64,000 nucleotides of DNA from assembly GCA_016432425.1 (NCBI GenBank), contig CP066688.1, positions 276,368 to 340,367 of the forward strand. Reading direction: 5' to 3'. Below the pieces are notes generated by a model that did not search any database, had not been told where the DNA came from, and saw only the letters and a program-made list of their open reading frames with translations. How positions within the stretch are numbered: the stretch's first letter is position 1; every line of letters begins with the position of its first letter. This DNA is from Candidatus Daviesbacteria bacterium (GTDB lineage Bacteria > Patescibacteriota > Microgenomatia > Daviesbacterales > UBA10151). Of the stretch, positions 11,209 to 21,258 are shown one piece after another. A program made the position numbers and the translations under genes.

Positions 11209-11451
11209 TTAGGGCCTCTTCCATACACACTTTCCCGCCCTGGCATTGTCTGCTTGATCAACAGCACTACGAGTACAGCACTGAATACCATCGCTAGCAG
11301 TAAGACTACAACCTTGGCACACTGCTCTAACATTATCCGCCGGAACTATTTCTCCTCTAGAAGATTTAAAAACTGGTGCAGTTGGGGCACTTCTAACATC
11401 AGTTTGTGAATCTACTGGTTTTGGTTGCTCAAAACTTCTTTCTCTGTGCAT
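11209..11451 (-). CDS. Small Cys-rich hypothetical protein (81 aa); trimmed version of the track ORF 11209..11643
   Basis: An internal ATG at 11451 is preceded by GGGGGTGAG at -10. The C-terminus AVCQGCSLTASDGIQCCTRSAVDQADNARAGKC has 5 Cys. The longer track ORF overlaps the upstream gene. Confidence 0.25.
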   Translation of the reverse strand: MHRERSFEQPKPVDSQTDVRSAPTAPVFKSSRGEIVPADNVRAVCQGCSLTASDGIQCCTRSAVDQADNARAGKCVWKRP

Positions 11452-11533
11452 TTTTAACAACTCACCCCCTTTCAAACTTAAGGGCAAAAGTACCCCATCA
11501 TAATGTTTCTTGGGAAAAGTGTCAATCAGGCAG

Positions 11534-12175
11534 TTAGAATTTGAGGCTGTGGATAATATCCCAGTTGAACTGATGGTAATTATTAAAACGGACCGGATCG
11601 GCAATCCCTGGCAAAATACAGCCGCCAAAATTATTGACCACATTAAAAATTTGCATTAAATAAACCTGCTCTCCTTTTTTAAAAACTGCCTTGGTAAAAG
11701 CTAGCGGCGGATAACCTACCGCTATTTCAAACCCTTCTTTTAATCTCAGTAACACTAGCGCCTCATCTGCCCCGCTACCTTCTAAACTTTTAGTTTCATA
11801 AGAATCCTTGGCTCCAACTTGAATTAAATAATCATCCAAAGTTCCAGCCCACTCTACAGTTTTGATTTTATAAAAATTATCTACTAAAAGCAGCCCATCC
11901 TTATTTTTAACTTCCTTTCCGCATTCTCCCCAGCTATAATCATGTTCTTCTACCACCACCCCTTCTCTAGGATAAGTTAAACTAAAACCGGCTGGGTCAG
12001 AGTATGTTTGCCAGGGAGAGGGGGTTGGAGAAGGAGTAGGGTTGAGAATTTGAGCTAAGGCAGGGGTAGACTCAGATTTTGGTTGAATAGAATAAATTAA
12101 AAATCCCGAGAGTCCAGCGAAAATAACAAATAATAATAAAACAATTGTGACACTTCCATTTTGTCTGGGCAGCAT
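11534..12175 (-). CDS. Membrane-anchored hypothetical protein (N-terminal TM, PT-rich linker, extracytoplasmic domain)
   Basis: 213 aa with TM helix IVLLLFVIFAGLSGFLIY, then NPTPSPTPSP linker. No recognised domain. Confidence 0.5.
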   Translation of the reverse strand: MLPRQNGSVTIVLLLFVIFAGLSGFLIYSIQPKSESTPALAQILNPTPSPTPSPWQTYSDPAGFSLTYPREGVVVEEHDYSWGECGKEVKNKDGLLLVDNFYKIKTVEWAGTLDDYLIQVGAKDSYETKSLEGSGADEALVLLRLKEGFEIAVGYPPLAFTKAVFKKGEQVYLMQIFNVVNNFGGCILPGIADPVRFNNYHQFNWDIIHSLKF

Positions 12176-12190
12176 AAATTTATTATAGCA

Positions 12191-12520
12191 TTAGATTATA
12201 TTAAATTTAATAGTTTCACCTCTAAGTAAAGCTTGCTGAACACTACTAAATTGTCTTTCTGTAAAAGACTGCTGCATGGCTGCTGCTATTCTGTCAGGAA
12301 AAAGGAGCGCGAGCATCAGTGCTTGATCGAAATCTTCTAACATTTGCTGACGAGGAGGTAAAATATTTTGTCCTCGAGGATGAACAGTTATTATCCCTTC
12401 TGTGCAAAGACCAATCAATTTAAACATTCTTGTTCGGGAAATAGGGATTTCCATTTGCTCTCCACCAGGATCATAAACAGTCACTGAATCAAACTCTAAA
12501 GTTTCTTTTTTATCTGCCAT
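12191..12520 (-). CDS. Hypothetical protein (109 aa)
   Basis: Uninterrupted ORF with codon usage consistent with neighbours. No motif recognised. Confidence 0.4.
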   Translation of the reverse strand: MADKKETLEFDSVTVYDPGGEQMEIPISRTRMFKLIGLCTEGIITVHPRGQNILPPRQQMLEDFDQALMLALLFPDRIAAAMQQSFTERQFSSVQQALLRGETIKFNII

Positions 12521-12525
12521 TTTTA

Positions 12526-13491
12526 TTACGGGTAGTTTGCTACATTTTGGTTGTGTTCATCCAAGGTTTTGGCATAGTGGGATTTCCCTTTACTATCATG
12601 GTAATAATATAAGTAAGGAGTTTGAGGGTTAGCATTAGCCACTGCCACCAGAGCAGATAAAGAGGGATTAGAAATTGGGGTGGGAGGCAATCCCACATTC
12701 AGATACGTATTGTAAGTAGATGCTATTTTTAAATCATCTTTAGTTAAATGCCTTTTCCACCAAGATTTCTCACCCGGCTGATACCCCAAAATATATTGAA
12801 TAGTGGCATCAGCATTTAATCCCATATCAATTTTATATCTTTTTAAAAGAATTGATGCCACCATTTCTCTGGCACTATCCGAGCGGGCTTCCCGTTCTAC
12901 AATCGAAGCTAAAATTATTCCCTCCTCGCTACTTAACCCTAGTTTTTTAATTTTGGCTTGCAAATCAGCGCTATATCTACTGGCAAAAGTAGCCCGCAAA
13001 GTTTTAATGATCCCTTCAGTGGTTATTTCTTTGGGAAAAAGATAGGTATCAGGGAAAAGATGGCCTTCATATTTTTTAGCTTGTTTTGTAAACTCTTCCC
13101 TGTTCCCTAATTCCTGATCACTTATTTTCTCCGCCATCTCTTCTACCCGCCAACCTTCTAACAAAGTTACCCAACTATCATCTGGCTTACTGGTTAAGGT
13201 GGTGGCAATTTTAGTGGCAGACATATTAGGGGAAAGTTTAAAAGTTCCGCTTTGTACCTTATTGGTTAATCCTTTGGTTCTTAGATAAATTTTAAAAAAT
13301 GTAGCTGATTTAATTAAACGATCTTTTTCTAATCTAAAACTTACACTATCCAAAGATTCCCCTTTGGCAATAATAAAACTTTGGACCTGATTTTCAGAAC
13401 TCACCGGCGAGAGGTTTCCTTCCCACCAACCCTTGGCCAAAAAAAATACCAACAATAATATTAATATTAGTGGCCCAATTTTTTTTCTCAT
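12526..13491 (-). CDS. mltG: Endolytic murein transglycosylase MltG/YceG family
   Basis: 321 aa with N-terminal TM anchor and the YceG-like motif ...EGHLFPDTYLFP.... Confidence 0.85.
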   Translation of the reverse strand: MRKKIGPLILILLLVFFLAKGWWEGNLSPVSSENQVQSFIIAKGESLDSVSFRLEKDRLIKSATFFKIYLRTKGLTNKVQSGTFKLSPNMSATKIATTLTSKPDDSWVTLLEGWRVEEMAEKISDQELGNREEFTKQAKKYEGHLFPDTYLFPKEITTEGIIKTLRATFASRYSADLQAKIKKLGLSSEEGIILASIVEREARSDSAREMVASILLKRYKIDMGLNADATIQYILGYQPGEKSWWKRHLTKDDLKIASTYNTYLNVGLPPTPISNPSLSALVAVANANPQTPYLYYYHDSKGKSHYAKTLDEHNQNVANYP

Positions 13492-13871
13492 CCTGTTAGC
13501 TCATCCAAATAATTTTGTAAAATCAAAGCAGCAGCGACAGCATCATCACTTTTTCGCTTTTCCTTACCTTTGCCGGTGGTGATCATCAACTTAAAGGCGC
13601 CTTTAGAGGTGAGGGTTTCATCAGCACTTACTACATCCAAACTTTTTTTTAAAAGTAAGTTAATAAACTTTTGTACTTTCTTGCCCATCTGACCTTCCGG
13701 CAGTCCTACCACTATCTTTTCAAAATTTTCTTCCGAGACAATTTGGGAAATTTTTTCTGCTAAATCTAGCCAACCCTTACCCTCAACTGTTTTCCAAGGA
13801 GTAGCCAGTTGCCCCTGCGAAACTGCTAACCCCGCTCTCTTCATCCCAAAATCTACTCCTAAGTATTTCAT
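13488..13871 (-). CDS. ruvX: Putative pre-16S rRNA nuclease / Holliday junction resolvase-like YqgF
   Basis: MKYLGVDFGMKRAGLAVS...KIVVGLP is the RNase H-like YqgF signature. The internal ATG at 13871 has AGGAAAA SD (the track ORF starts earlier, at 13931). Confidence 0.8.
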   Translation of the reverse strand: MKYLGVDFGMKRAGLAVSQGQLATPWKTVEGKGWLDLAEKISQIVSEENFEKIVVGLPEGQMGKKVQKFINLLLKKSLDVVSADETLTSKGAFKLMITTGKGKEKRKSDDAVAAALILQNYLDELTG

Positions 13872-13873
13872 TT

Positions 13874-14512
13874 TTATATTAATTTTCCTACCACTATAAA
13901 CCTTTTGGTATTTAACCCCGGGGGAACGCAAGTCATTAAAGTAAGATAGCGCCCAGTATTATCCGGCGGAGCAATAATTGACAAATTTTTGGGGTCCACA
14001 ATTTTAATATCAAAAATTTGGTAAGTAAAGTCTACCCCTGCAGCAGAAATTTTAATTAAATCCCCTTTTTTTAAATTTGTTAAATTGGCAAATGGAGCCA
14101 CCCCGGAAGATGAAAAAACCGGCAGAGCTGAATGTCCGGAGATAAATAAATTTCCCTTCTCTCCCGGCAAGGCTGAACCGGGTAATTGTACTGGACCAGA
14201 ATCTAAATCATTACTATCTACCCCCACTAAAAAATTTTTTTTGAGCCGGAGGATCTCCAAAGAAAAGTTACTGTAAGGGGCACTGCTTACTCTGTTTAAA
14301 CTAGAAACTATCGCTGGAAAATTACTGCGATTTTCTACAGTTACTCCCCAAACCGGACTATTAATGTCAGGCGGTTGTGGGCTCGTTAAATTAATCCCGC
14401 TCAAAATTACACTCTCCCAAACTTTAAAACCTATTAATGGCAAGCTCACCTGGGCTAAAAATAGCGCTCCCAATAATAGGAAAATTAAGGATACGTGCTT
14501 AATGGTAATCAT
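13874..14512 (-). CDS. Sortase family transpeptidase
   Basis: 212 aa with N-terminal TM. Conserved His (NLFISGHSALP), the TLMTC active-site Cys motif and a downstream Arg. Confidence 0.8.
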   Translation of the reverse strand: MITIKHVSLIFLLLGALFLAQVSLPLIGFKVWESVILSGINLTSPQPPDINSPVWGVTVENRSNFPAIVSSLNRVSSAPYSNFSLEILRLKKNFLVGVDSNDLDSGPVQLPGSALPGEKGNLFISGHSALPVFSSSGVAPFANLTNLKKGDLIKISAAGVDFTYQIFDIKIVDPKNLSIIAPPDNTGRYLTLMTCVPPGLNTKRFIVVGKLI

Positions 14513-16815
14513 TTTAAGCCGACTTCTATTTTAATATTCTGCTCTAAAATGGGCAGGATTTGTAGCGGTGGCGGGAGACTGGGAGTAATTTTAATCTCTG
14601 ATCCCAAAACATTTTCATAAGATTTTAAAGTATCTGCTGCAGCTGCGGGAGTTCTTCCCTTGACGGCACCTTTAATTTTGTTAATATCTAATTTGGGCAT
14701 TAATTTGGCATTAAAGCGAGCAAGAAAAACTAATTTACCATCTTTTTCCAGTTTGGAGACATCAGCCAAGGTTTCTGTTTGGGCCAAATTGAGTTCAAAA
14801 TCAGAGGGAATATCAGTACTGACTAATTTGGAAACAATTAGCTTAAGGTCTTCATCAGAATAAGCCGTGCCTTTATAATGAATAGTCAAATTTAAGGAAA
14901 ACTCGCTGGCTTGATCGCCCACTCTTTTGTTAAAGGTCTTTTTGGTAATTTCTTCAGCCAAAGCTTCCGGCAAAATCTTTAACTTTTGATTCTGACTGTT
15001 CAATTTATTTTGCAGATCAGCCTGGGCTTGGGTACGCAGAGTTGCTGCCAAGCTAGCCAGCAGTTTTTGCTGGTCTGAGTCGGTAACTACCGTTACTTCC
15101 TTACTAGATCCCCCCGAGAAATTTCCATTGGCTTTGGCTGAAAACTGGCTGGAGGGAAAGTTCGCTACAGAAAACTCCGTTCCGGAAGGTAAATTACTAT
15201 CCGCCCCTACCTCACTAGCGCTCACCGGAACATTGGCTTTTCCATAATTAATTCCCCCTTCCACTGCTGACTGGGAAGCAATAGTCATTGAAGAATCTAA
15301 AGTAAACTTAAGGCCGGAACTGGCAGAAATGGTCGTTCCTTTAGAAAAAGTTTTACTGTCATCAGTTTTGTTATAAAGAGTCACTGAACCTTTGGCCGGA
15401 TCTCCCACTGATTTTTTGCCGGTAGCAGAAGCTTTGTCTGAGCTGGAAACAGTAGTTTCAATAATCTGCCCGGGAATTTTATTTTCATTTTCCTCCACTT
15501 TTTTTAAAGTAGGGTCCGCTACTACCTGAGTATCTTTTTCTAAGACTCTCGGCTCAACAAAAATTAAAATTTGAGCTTTGGGTAAAATCAAAAAAGCTAC
15601 CGCTATTAAAACCAGCGCCAATACCGGAATAACCAGTTGGATTTTCCCTAATTTAATTTTGGAAATTAGAGTGTTAACTTTAAGCAAAATTTGACGGAAA
15701 ATTACCTGGGCAGTAAAAGTTTTCCCTCCGGCAGAAAGTTTGACAAAATCATCTCCTTCAGGCACAGCAACTTTGGTGGGGGGTAATCGTTCATCTGAGT
15801 TCGACTCTGGGGTAAACTCTAAGTTAGATTCTTCCGGGGCTGCCTGCTCTGTTGGTGAGCTTTCGGGATTTTGTAATTCTGTAGTAACGTCCCCCACCAC
15901 AAAACCAGAGTTGGCTGGAGCAGAAACGATACCATTAGTTTCCTGGACAATTTCTGTTACTGGTTCCTCTGTGGTTGAGCCGATATGATCTTCTTCTTTT
16001 GGCTCTTGCGGTATTTCCTTGACTGCAGAACTAACTTTAGGAACATTCCTATTATTAACTAATCTAACTTGAGGGTTTAATTCTACTCCTCCCGCCAAAC
16101 TAACAGCTGAAATAGTTAAATCTTTTTCCAGCGTTTCTATTTTAGGTAGATGCAAGAAGGGCAATTTTGACATCCAAGAAAAGCCTGTTAAAACTTCTTT
16201 TTCTTTAGCTAAATTCACCTCCGGGGAGGAGTAGATTAAAATTCGTGAAGGCAAAACTTCAATATTGGTGAGTGTTAGCAATAATTTTTCTACGTCTGCC
16301 CCCAAATCATCTCCCCGTTTGGCAGTTCTTACTCCCTCAATGCGGGCCACTTTGGACACATAAACAGTTACAAAATTTTTCTCAATACCCACCAAAATTG
16401 CCGTGGGAGGAGTATTTTCCTTTTTTTCTAAAAAATGAGCCACCGCCCGGGTGGTCGCTACATAAGCCAAAGGTTCTAAATCCAATTCTTTCACCACCGA
16501 GCGAATAGTTTTTAAATATTCTTCTTTTAAATCTCCTTCTGAAAGCCAACTGTCCGGCACACCAAATAAAATCTTTTTCGGTTCAATCTGTAAATCCCCC
16601 AAAACTTTATCCAAAATTAAATCAGCTGCTTTGACCAAATCATCTTCTTGAGAAAAAGACTGAGAAATGCTGCTATGAATCTGTAGATTATTGCCCATGA
16701 TGGACCAAACAGCCGCTTCCAGACTTTCTTGAGAAATCCCCAGGGTAAAAAAGTATTCTACTTCCTCAGGTTTACTTAAGAAAGGAATTTTATTAGCCAG
16801 GTCAGACAGATTCAT
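14509..16815 (-). CDS. Large membrane protein: N-terminal PilM/FtsA-like actin-fold domain, acidic PESTE linker, TM helix, ~350-aa extracytoplasmic domain
   Basis: 768 aa. The N-terminus (LGISQESLEAAVWS...ILFGVPDSWL...AILVGIEKNFVTVYVSK) resembles the PilM/FtsA fold. TM is LVIPVLALVLIAVAFLILP. C-terminal domain is Ser/Thr/Gly-rich. Confidence 0.6.
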   Translation of the reverse strand: MNLSDLANKIPFLSKPEEVEYFFTLGISQESLEAAVWSIMGNNLQIHSSISQSFSQEDDLVKAADLILDKVLGDLQIEPKKILFGVPDSWLSEGDLKEEYLKTIRSVVKELDLEPLAYVATTRAVAHFLEKKENTPPTAILVGIEKNFVTVYVSKVARIEGVRTAKRGDDLGADVEKLLLTLTNIEVLPSRILIYSSPEVNLAKEKEVLTGFSWMSKLPFLHLPKIETLEKDLTISAVSLAGGVELNPQVRLVNNRNVPKVSSAVKEIPQEPKEEDHIGSTTEEPVTEIVQETNGIVSAPANSGFVVGDVTTELQNPESSPTEQAAPEESNLEFTPESNSDERLPPTKVAVPEGDDFVKLSAGGKTFTAQVIFRQILLKVNTLISKIKLGKIQLVIPVLALVLIAVAFLILPKAQILIFVEPRVLEKDTQVVADPTLKKVEENENKIPGQIIETTVSSSDKASATGKKSVGDPAKGSVTLYNKTDDSKTFSKGTTISASSGLKFTLDSSMTIASQSAVEGGINYGKANVPVSASEVGADSNLPSGTEFSVANFPSSQFSAKANGNFSGGSSKEVTVVTDSDQQKLLASLAATLRTQAQADLQNKLNSQNQKLKILPEALAEEITKKTFNKRVGDQASEFSLNLTIHYKGTAYSDEDLKLIVSKLVSTDIPSDFELNLAQTETLADVSKLEKDGKLVFLARFNAKLMPKLDINKIKGAVKGRTPAAAADTLKSYENVLGSEIKITPSLPPPLQILPILEQNIKIEVGLK

Positions 16816-16918
16816 GGATATTTAGTATCTTAACAAATCTGAGGGGTCTTGAAAAGTACAAGGAAAATCTCATCTCAACTTTTAAGACGAGATTTTCTTC
16901 GGTTAAGACCAAAATTAA

Positions 16919-17113
16919 TTATTTCTCACCACACACTCGGCAATCACCTTTGTGGGTTAAAATTACATAAACAGCCGACAACCCTACTAGAATATAAACC
17001 ACCTTCTCTAAAGCACTCCCTGCACCTAGTAAAGCAGCCACCAAATTCGTATTTAAAAACCCCACTAATCCCCAATTCAAACCGCCAATCCACAGCAGTA
17101 GGTAGGCTAACAT
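16919..17113 (-). CDS. DUF378-family small membrane protein (64 aa)
   Basis: MLAYLLLWIGGLNWGLVGFLNTNLVAALLG... carries the characteristic IGGLNWGLVG motif. ATG at 17113 is preferred over the TTG-started track ORF. Confidence 0.6.
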   Translation of the reverse strand: MLAYLLLWIGGLNWGLVGFLNTNLVAALLGAGSALEKVVYILVGLSAVYVILTHKGDCRVCGEK

Positions 17114-17193
17114 ATGCAATGCTTTCAAAATTATCACCCCCTCTACTAATTTAAGCATTACAAAGATTAAAGAAGTTGTCAAATTGAAGAAAA

Positions 17194-17682
17194 CTAATCT
17201 TTGATCCCGTATTTTTCTTTTATTCTTTTTTCAGCTTCAGCCAATGGCGGAACCCCATACTTAGCTCTTTCTTCATCAGTAATATTTGGATCAATTGGTT
17301 GACGAAGTTTCCATTCTTGAAATTGGGTACCATATTTTTGGGGTTGACCAGTTTCTAAAAGATAACGATCTAAAGATGCGGCATATAACCACTTAATCTC
17401 CCGATCATCTGGATCTAACTCCATTGCTTTTATAGCTAATTCATTTGCTAACTTAAAATCTTCTGGCAATTGACCATGTTGAAATACCATTGCCGCATGA
17501 TAATAATCCGTCGCTTCTTTTAATTCACCCTTATCAATTAATTCTCTAGTTTTAGCCATTCTTTGATGAATTCTTTCTCCACGCTCTTTTGCTATTTTCG
17601 GATCTTGTAGCTTTTCCCAACTTATCTTTGGAGGTTGATCATTCTGATCTGCTTCATAAATTTCTTTTAATTCATTATTCAT
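17194..17682 (-). CDS. Hypothetical protein (162 aa)
   Basis: Long ORF tightly packed with neighbours. Helical, charged. No motif recognised. Confidence 0.45.
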   Translation of the reverse strand: MNNELKEIYEADQNDQPPKISWEKLQDPKIAKERGERIHQRMAKTRELIDKGELKEATDYYHAAMVFQHGQLPEDFKLANELAIKAMELDPDDREIKWLYAASLDRYLLETGQPQKYGTQFQEWKLRQPIDPNITDEERAKYGVPPLAEAEKRIKEKYGIKD

Positions 17683-18184
17683 CTTGCTGTTTTTTCTTTA
17701 AGTATTCATCTTTTAGCTCTACCGCTCTTCTGACAATTTCATCCCCAATTTCTCCCCAATTAAAATAATTTTTATAATCCTTTGGATCTACTAATTTAAT
17801 TTCTGCAGTATTCCCTCCTGGATCAGATATAAACTCTCCGTATGGCCTGACAATACACCAGACTCTTAGTTGGTTGTATTCTTTGCCGGCTGAATTAGTG
17901 CAATGTTGGAAACCAACTGGCCCCCAAGATAAAATCTCCATATTGGATTCTTCTTGAATTTCCCTCTTCAAAGCTTGCTCAAAATTTTCTCCTTCTTCTG
18001 GTTTTCCTCCAGGTAACATCCAAGTATTGGTCTTACCATCCCTCACAATAACTATTTTATTTCCCATAAAACAAACTCCATAAATTTGTCTCCAATTTTC
18101 TACACCCCCAAAGCTGTTAACATTTTGATATTCATAAAGAACGGACAAATTACCATCCTGAACTCTATTTCTTAAAATTGTCAT
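17675..18184 (-). CDS. NUDIX hydrolase
   Basis: Nudix box GGKPEEGENFEQALKREIQEESN (GX5EX7REUXEEXG). Confidence 0.75.
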   Translation of the reverse strand: MTILRNRVQDGNLSVLYEYQNVNSFGGVENWRQIYGVCFMGNKIVIVRDGKTNTWMLPGGKPEEGENFEQALKREIQEESNMEILSWGPVGFQHCTNSAGKEYNQLRVWCIVRPYGEFISDPGGNTAEIKLVDPKDYKNYFNWGEIGDEIVRRAVELKDEYLKKKQQDE

Positions 18185-20034
18185 TTTAATACTGCTCTAA
18201 TTCTGCGGATGCCGGCAGAAATTGCTTCTTCTTTTTCTATCTTAATTCCACCTATCTCATTAGTAGAGTCAACATGTGGACCACCACAAAATTCCAGAGA
18301 ATAATAGCCCGCCCGGTCACGCTGATCCAGGGCCGCTGGGTCTAATTTTAATCCCGGACCTATCCCGTAAACTGAGACTTTCTCAGCATATTTTTCCCCG
18401 AACAATCCAATCGCATTCATTTTCTTAGCTTCCTCTAAATTTAAAATTAGATGATCTACTGTCAAATTTTGTTTAATTTTGTCATTAATTAAATCCTCCA
18501 CTCTTTGGATTTCCTCTGCAGTCATTTTCTGTTTATATGAAAAATCAAACCTCAGCCGCTCACTGGTAATATTCGATCCCCGCTGAAAAACTTCCGGGCC
18601 CAATACATCCCTTAAGGCTTGATGCAGCAGATGGGTAGCAGTGTGGTATTTGGTCACTGTTTCAGAGTGATCTGCTAGCCCTCCTTTAAACATCCCTGCG
18701 GAGCCGGAGCGTGATTTTTCCTGATGCTCCTTGCTGACTCTTTCAAAACCTGCTCTATCAAATTCTAAGCCCAGTTCTTGAATTACATCTTCTGCTAAAT
18801 CAGGTGGTACTCCATAAGTTTGATAATTTTCAAAAATATATTCTCCTGAGGCTTTTTCTTTTTCCAGAATAGGAATTTGACCAATCTTTTTGATAAAACC
18901 CTGCTCTTTGGCGGCGATTAAATCTTGTCTGTATTGTTCTAGCCAATTAATGGGTTCACGGAAACGGGTTTCCTCATCTGCTAAAGTTTGCAAAATATTT
19001 TTTTCCTGTTCTTTTAGCTCCGGATAAACATCAGACATTTTAACAATGATGAGTTGAACAATCTCTCCGGTAAAGCCAGCTTTGATACCACTGCGATGGG
19101 CCGATCTAATGGCTCTTCTAATTAACCGGCGCAAGACATAACCCCGGTCAGAATTACCGGGTTGCACTCCTGCAGCAATTAAAAAAGTGGCTGCCCTTAA
19201 ATGATCAGCAATCACCCTGATGTAGCGCACCTCGGAAGTAGTGGTCAAACTTTCAATTTTTTGATAAATTTCCTCGAATAAATCTGTCTCGTAGTTACTT
19301 TTTTTGCCATTGATTACTGCCAAAGCCCGCTCCAACCCCATGCCGGTATCCACATTTTTTTGTTGCAGCTCTTCAAAGCTTCCATCTGCTTTTTTGTTAT
19401 ATTGCATAAAAACATCGTTCCAAATTTCCACCCAATTGTTATCCTCTGGATCAAATTTTTCCGGAGCAGCTCCCTCTCCAACCCAATAAAACATTTCAGT
19501 ATCCGGGCCACAAGGACCACTATTTCCTACCGGTCCCCACCAATTATCTTTTTTACTTAAGTGAGCAATCCGGCTTTCCGTAATTCCTAAACTCTGCCAA
19601 ATTTCATAAGACTGCGAGTCAAAAGGAGCATCCTTGTCTCCCCCAAAAACGGAGACAGCTAATTTTTCTTTGTCTAATCCCAGCTCTTGAGTTAAAAATT
19701 CCCATGACCAGCCGATCGCTTCCTTTTTCCAATAATCACCCAAGGACCAATTACCCAACATTTCAAAAAAAGTATGATGAGTGGCATCTCCCACTTCATC
19801 AATATCATCAGTCCGCAAACTTTTTTGGACGTTTGTTAAACGTTTGCCTGCTGGGTGATCTTCTCCCAACAAATAAGGAATTAAAGGATGCATCCCGGCA
19901 GTGGTAAATAGAACTTTTTGAGTCCCGGAAAGTTCCACTGTCTCTGTTGGGATTAGTGAAGCCGAGGGAATAATTTTGTGTCCCTTACCTTCAAAAAATT
20001 TTAAAAATTTCTCTCGTAAAGTTTTTGAATCCAT
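18181..20034 (-). CDS. alaS: Alanine--tRNA ligase (short form, no C-Ala domain)
   Basis: 617 aa. N-terminus KFLKFFEGKGHKIIPSASLIP...FTTAGMHP. Editing-domain HxxxH motif TATHLLHQALRDVLG. Ends before the C-terminal C-Ala domain. Confidence 0.9.
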   Translation of the reverse strand: MDSKTLREKFLKFFEGKGHKIIPSASLIPTETVELSGTQKVLFTTAGMHPLIPYLLGEDHPAGKRLTNVQKSLRTDDIDEVGDATHHTFFEMLGNWSLGDYWKKEAIGWSWEFLTQELGLDKEKLAVSVFGGDKDAPFDSQSYEIWQSLGITESRIAHLSKKDNWWGPVGNSGPCGPDTEMFYWVGEGAAPEKFDPEDNNWVEIWNDVFMQYNKKADGSFEELQQKNVDTGMGLERALAVINGKKSNYETDLFEEIYQKIESLTTTSEVRYIRVIADHLRAATFLIAAGVQPGNSDRGYVLRRLIRRAIRSAHRSGIKAGFTGEIVQLIIVKMSDVYPELKEQEKNILQTLADEETRFREPINWLEQYRQDLIAAKEQGFIKKIGQIPILEKEKASGEYIFENYQTYGVPPDLAEDVIQELGLEFDRAGFERVSKEHQEKSRSGSAGMFKGGLADHSETVTKYHTATHLLHQALRDVLGPEVFQRGSNITSERLRFDFSYKQKMTAEEIQRVEDLINDKIKQNLTVDHLILNLEEAKKMNAIGLFGEKYAEKVSVYGIGPGLKLDPAALDQRDRAGYYSLEFCGGPHVDSTNEIGGIKIEKEEAISAGIRRIRAVLK

Positions 20035-20086
20035 GAAGCTATTTTAACAGATATCATTCTTAGAGCGAAGCGAGAAGGTGATTCAA

Positions 20087-21181
20087 CTAATTAGAAATCT
20101 TAGGATAATCACATCTTTCTGTAGTTAGTTTTATTGGGTTATCATCCTTAACAAATCTTGAGAAACAAACAATTGGCTCTTTGGTTTCATCATGAGTACC
20201 TGATCGTTGAGTATAAACAATAAAACTATTATCTGGAGATAAAGAAACATAATTTGGTCTATCATTAAAAATTTGCTTAACAATCATTGTTTTTTGTCCA
20301 GAAGTGTAGTGAGATAAATAACACTGAACCCAACCAACTTCTCTGCAATAAAGTAAATATGTACCATCCTTAGAAACCTGTAAATTGGAAATTCTACCTG
20401 GATTATTAACATGTTCAATAAGATCGTTATCTTCTAAAATCTTGCTTTGCTCTAAACCATCTGAATTTATTGTCCATATCTCATTTCCATTACGGGTAAA
20501 AATAATTTTATTCTGTAACCAACCATGAAGAGTCAAATCTTGACCTTCTAAGATTATCTTTTTAGATTTATTTTCTAAATTATAAACATAAAGTCTTGGT
20601 TCAAACATAGGCCCTTCGCAACAAGGCTTTTCATCAAATGCTAACCACTTAAGTTCAGGGGAAAACTTAAGTGTAGACTCTCCATAAGCATCTTCTAGCT
20701 CAGGAATATCCTTTGGCCATGTTAGCAAAGTCCTAATTTTGTTACCTTTTAGAGAAAACACCTCCACCTTATTGGTTGTCCCATCTCTACATTGTGGTTC
20801 TATTGCCAAAATCTGATCATCTGATAACCACTGATATTGGCCTAAAAGACACTCTGATTCTTCCAAAGCCTGTATATTGCCTGTGGCTACTTCTACAACC
20901 GAAATATTTTTTCCCTGACTAATAAGAATCATCTTATTATTAGGAGACCAACCATGGATAGAGTATATTACATTATTTTTTGTAATTTGCTTTTTACTAG
21001 TCCCATTAGGATTCATAATCCATAAATTCCCCCCTGTAATAGCATCCCCTCCTATTTTGACTGCAACTTTATATTTAGATTCTGATATTTGGGTATTTTT
21101 AGTCTGAGTCAAGAATACTAATAATCCGATTGCTAAAAGCATAACTACCAAAATCGGGGTAAATCCTTTTTGATTATTCAT
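20087..21181 (-). CDS. Secreted beta-propeller (PD40/WD40-like) repeat protein
   Basis: 364 aa with signal/TM N-terminus and a repeated W/Y-x-hydrophobic-D/N-G pattern. Lies in a low-GC patch. Confidence 0.5.
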   Translation of the reverse strand: MNNQKGFTPILVVMLLAIGLLVFLTQTKNTQISESKYKVAVKIGGDAITGGNLWIMNPNGTSKKQITKNNVIYSIHGWSPNNKMILISQGKNISVVEVATGNIQALEESECLLGQYQWLSDDQILAIEPQCRDGTTNKVEVFSLKGNKIRTLLTWPKDIPELEDAYGESTLKFSPELKWLAFDEKPCCEGPMFEPRLYVYNLENKSKKIILEGQDLTLHGWLQNKIIFTRNGNEIWTINSDGLEQSKILEDNDLIEHVNNPGRISNLQVSKDGTYLLYCREVGWVQCYLSHYTSGQKTMIVKQIFNDRPNYVSLSPDNSFIVYTQRSGTHDETKEPIVCFSRFVKDDNPIKLTTERCDYPKISN

Positions 21182-21224
21182 TAAATTCGTTAAATTCAGT
21201 ATACCACTTCCCGCTAACTTCCCG

Positions 21225-21251
21225 ATATCACACCCCCGAGGTGTGATATTA
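21225..21251 (+). repeat. Left terminal hairpin of the IS200/RAYT-like element
   Basis: Perfect palindrome ATATCACACC-CCCGA-GGTGTGATAT, identical to the copy at 21906. Confidence 0.7.
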
Positions 21252-21258
21252 TAAAAGT

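Noticed and set aside
11209-11643. 144-aa ORF as given in the track
   Set aside because: The N-terminal ~60 aa overlap the 3' end of the upstream 213-aa gene and have no start signal. Only the 81-aa internal-start version is plausible.
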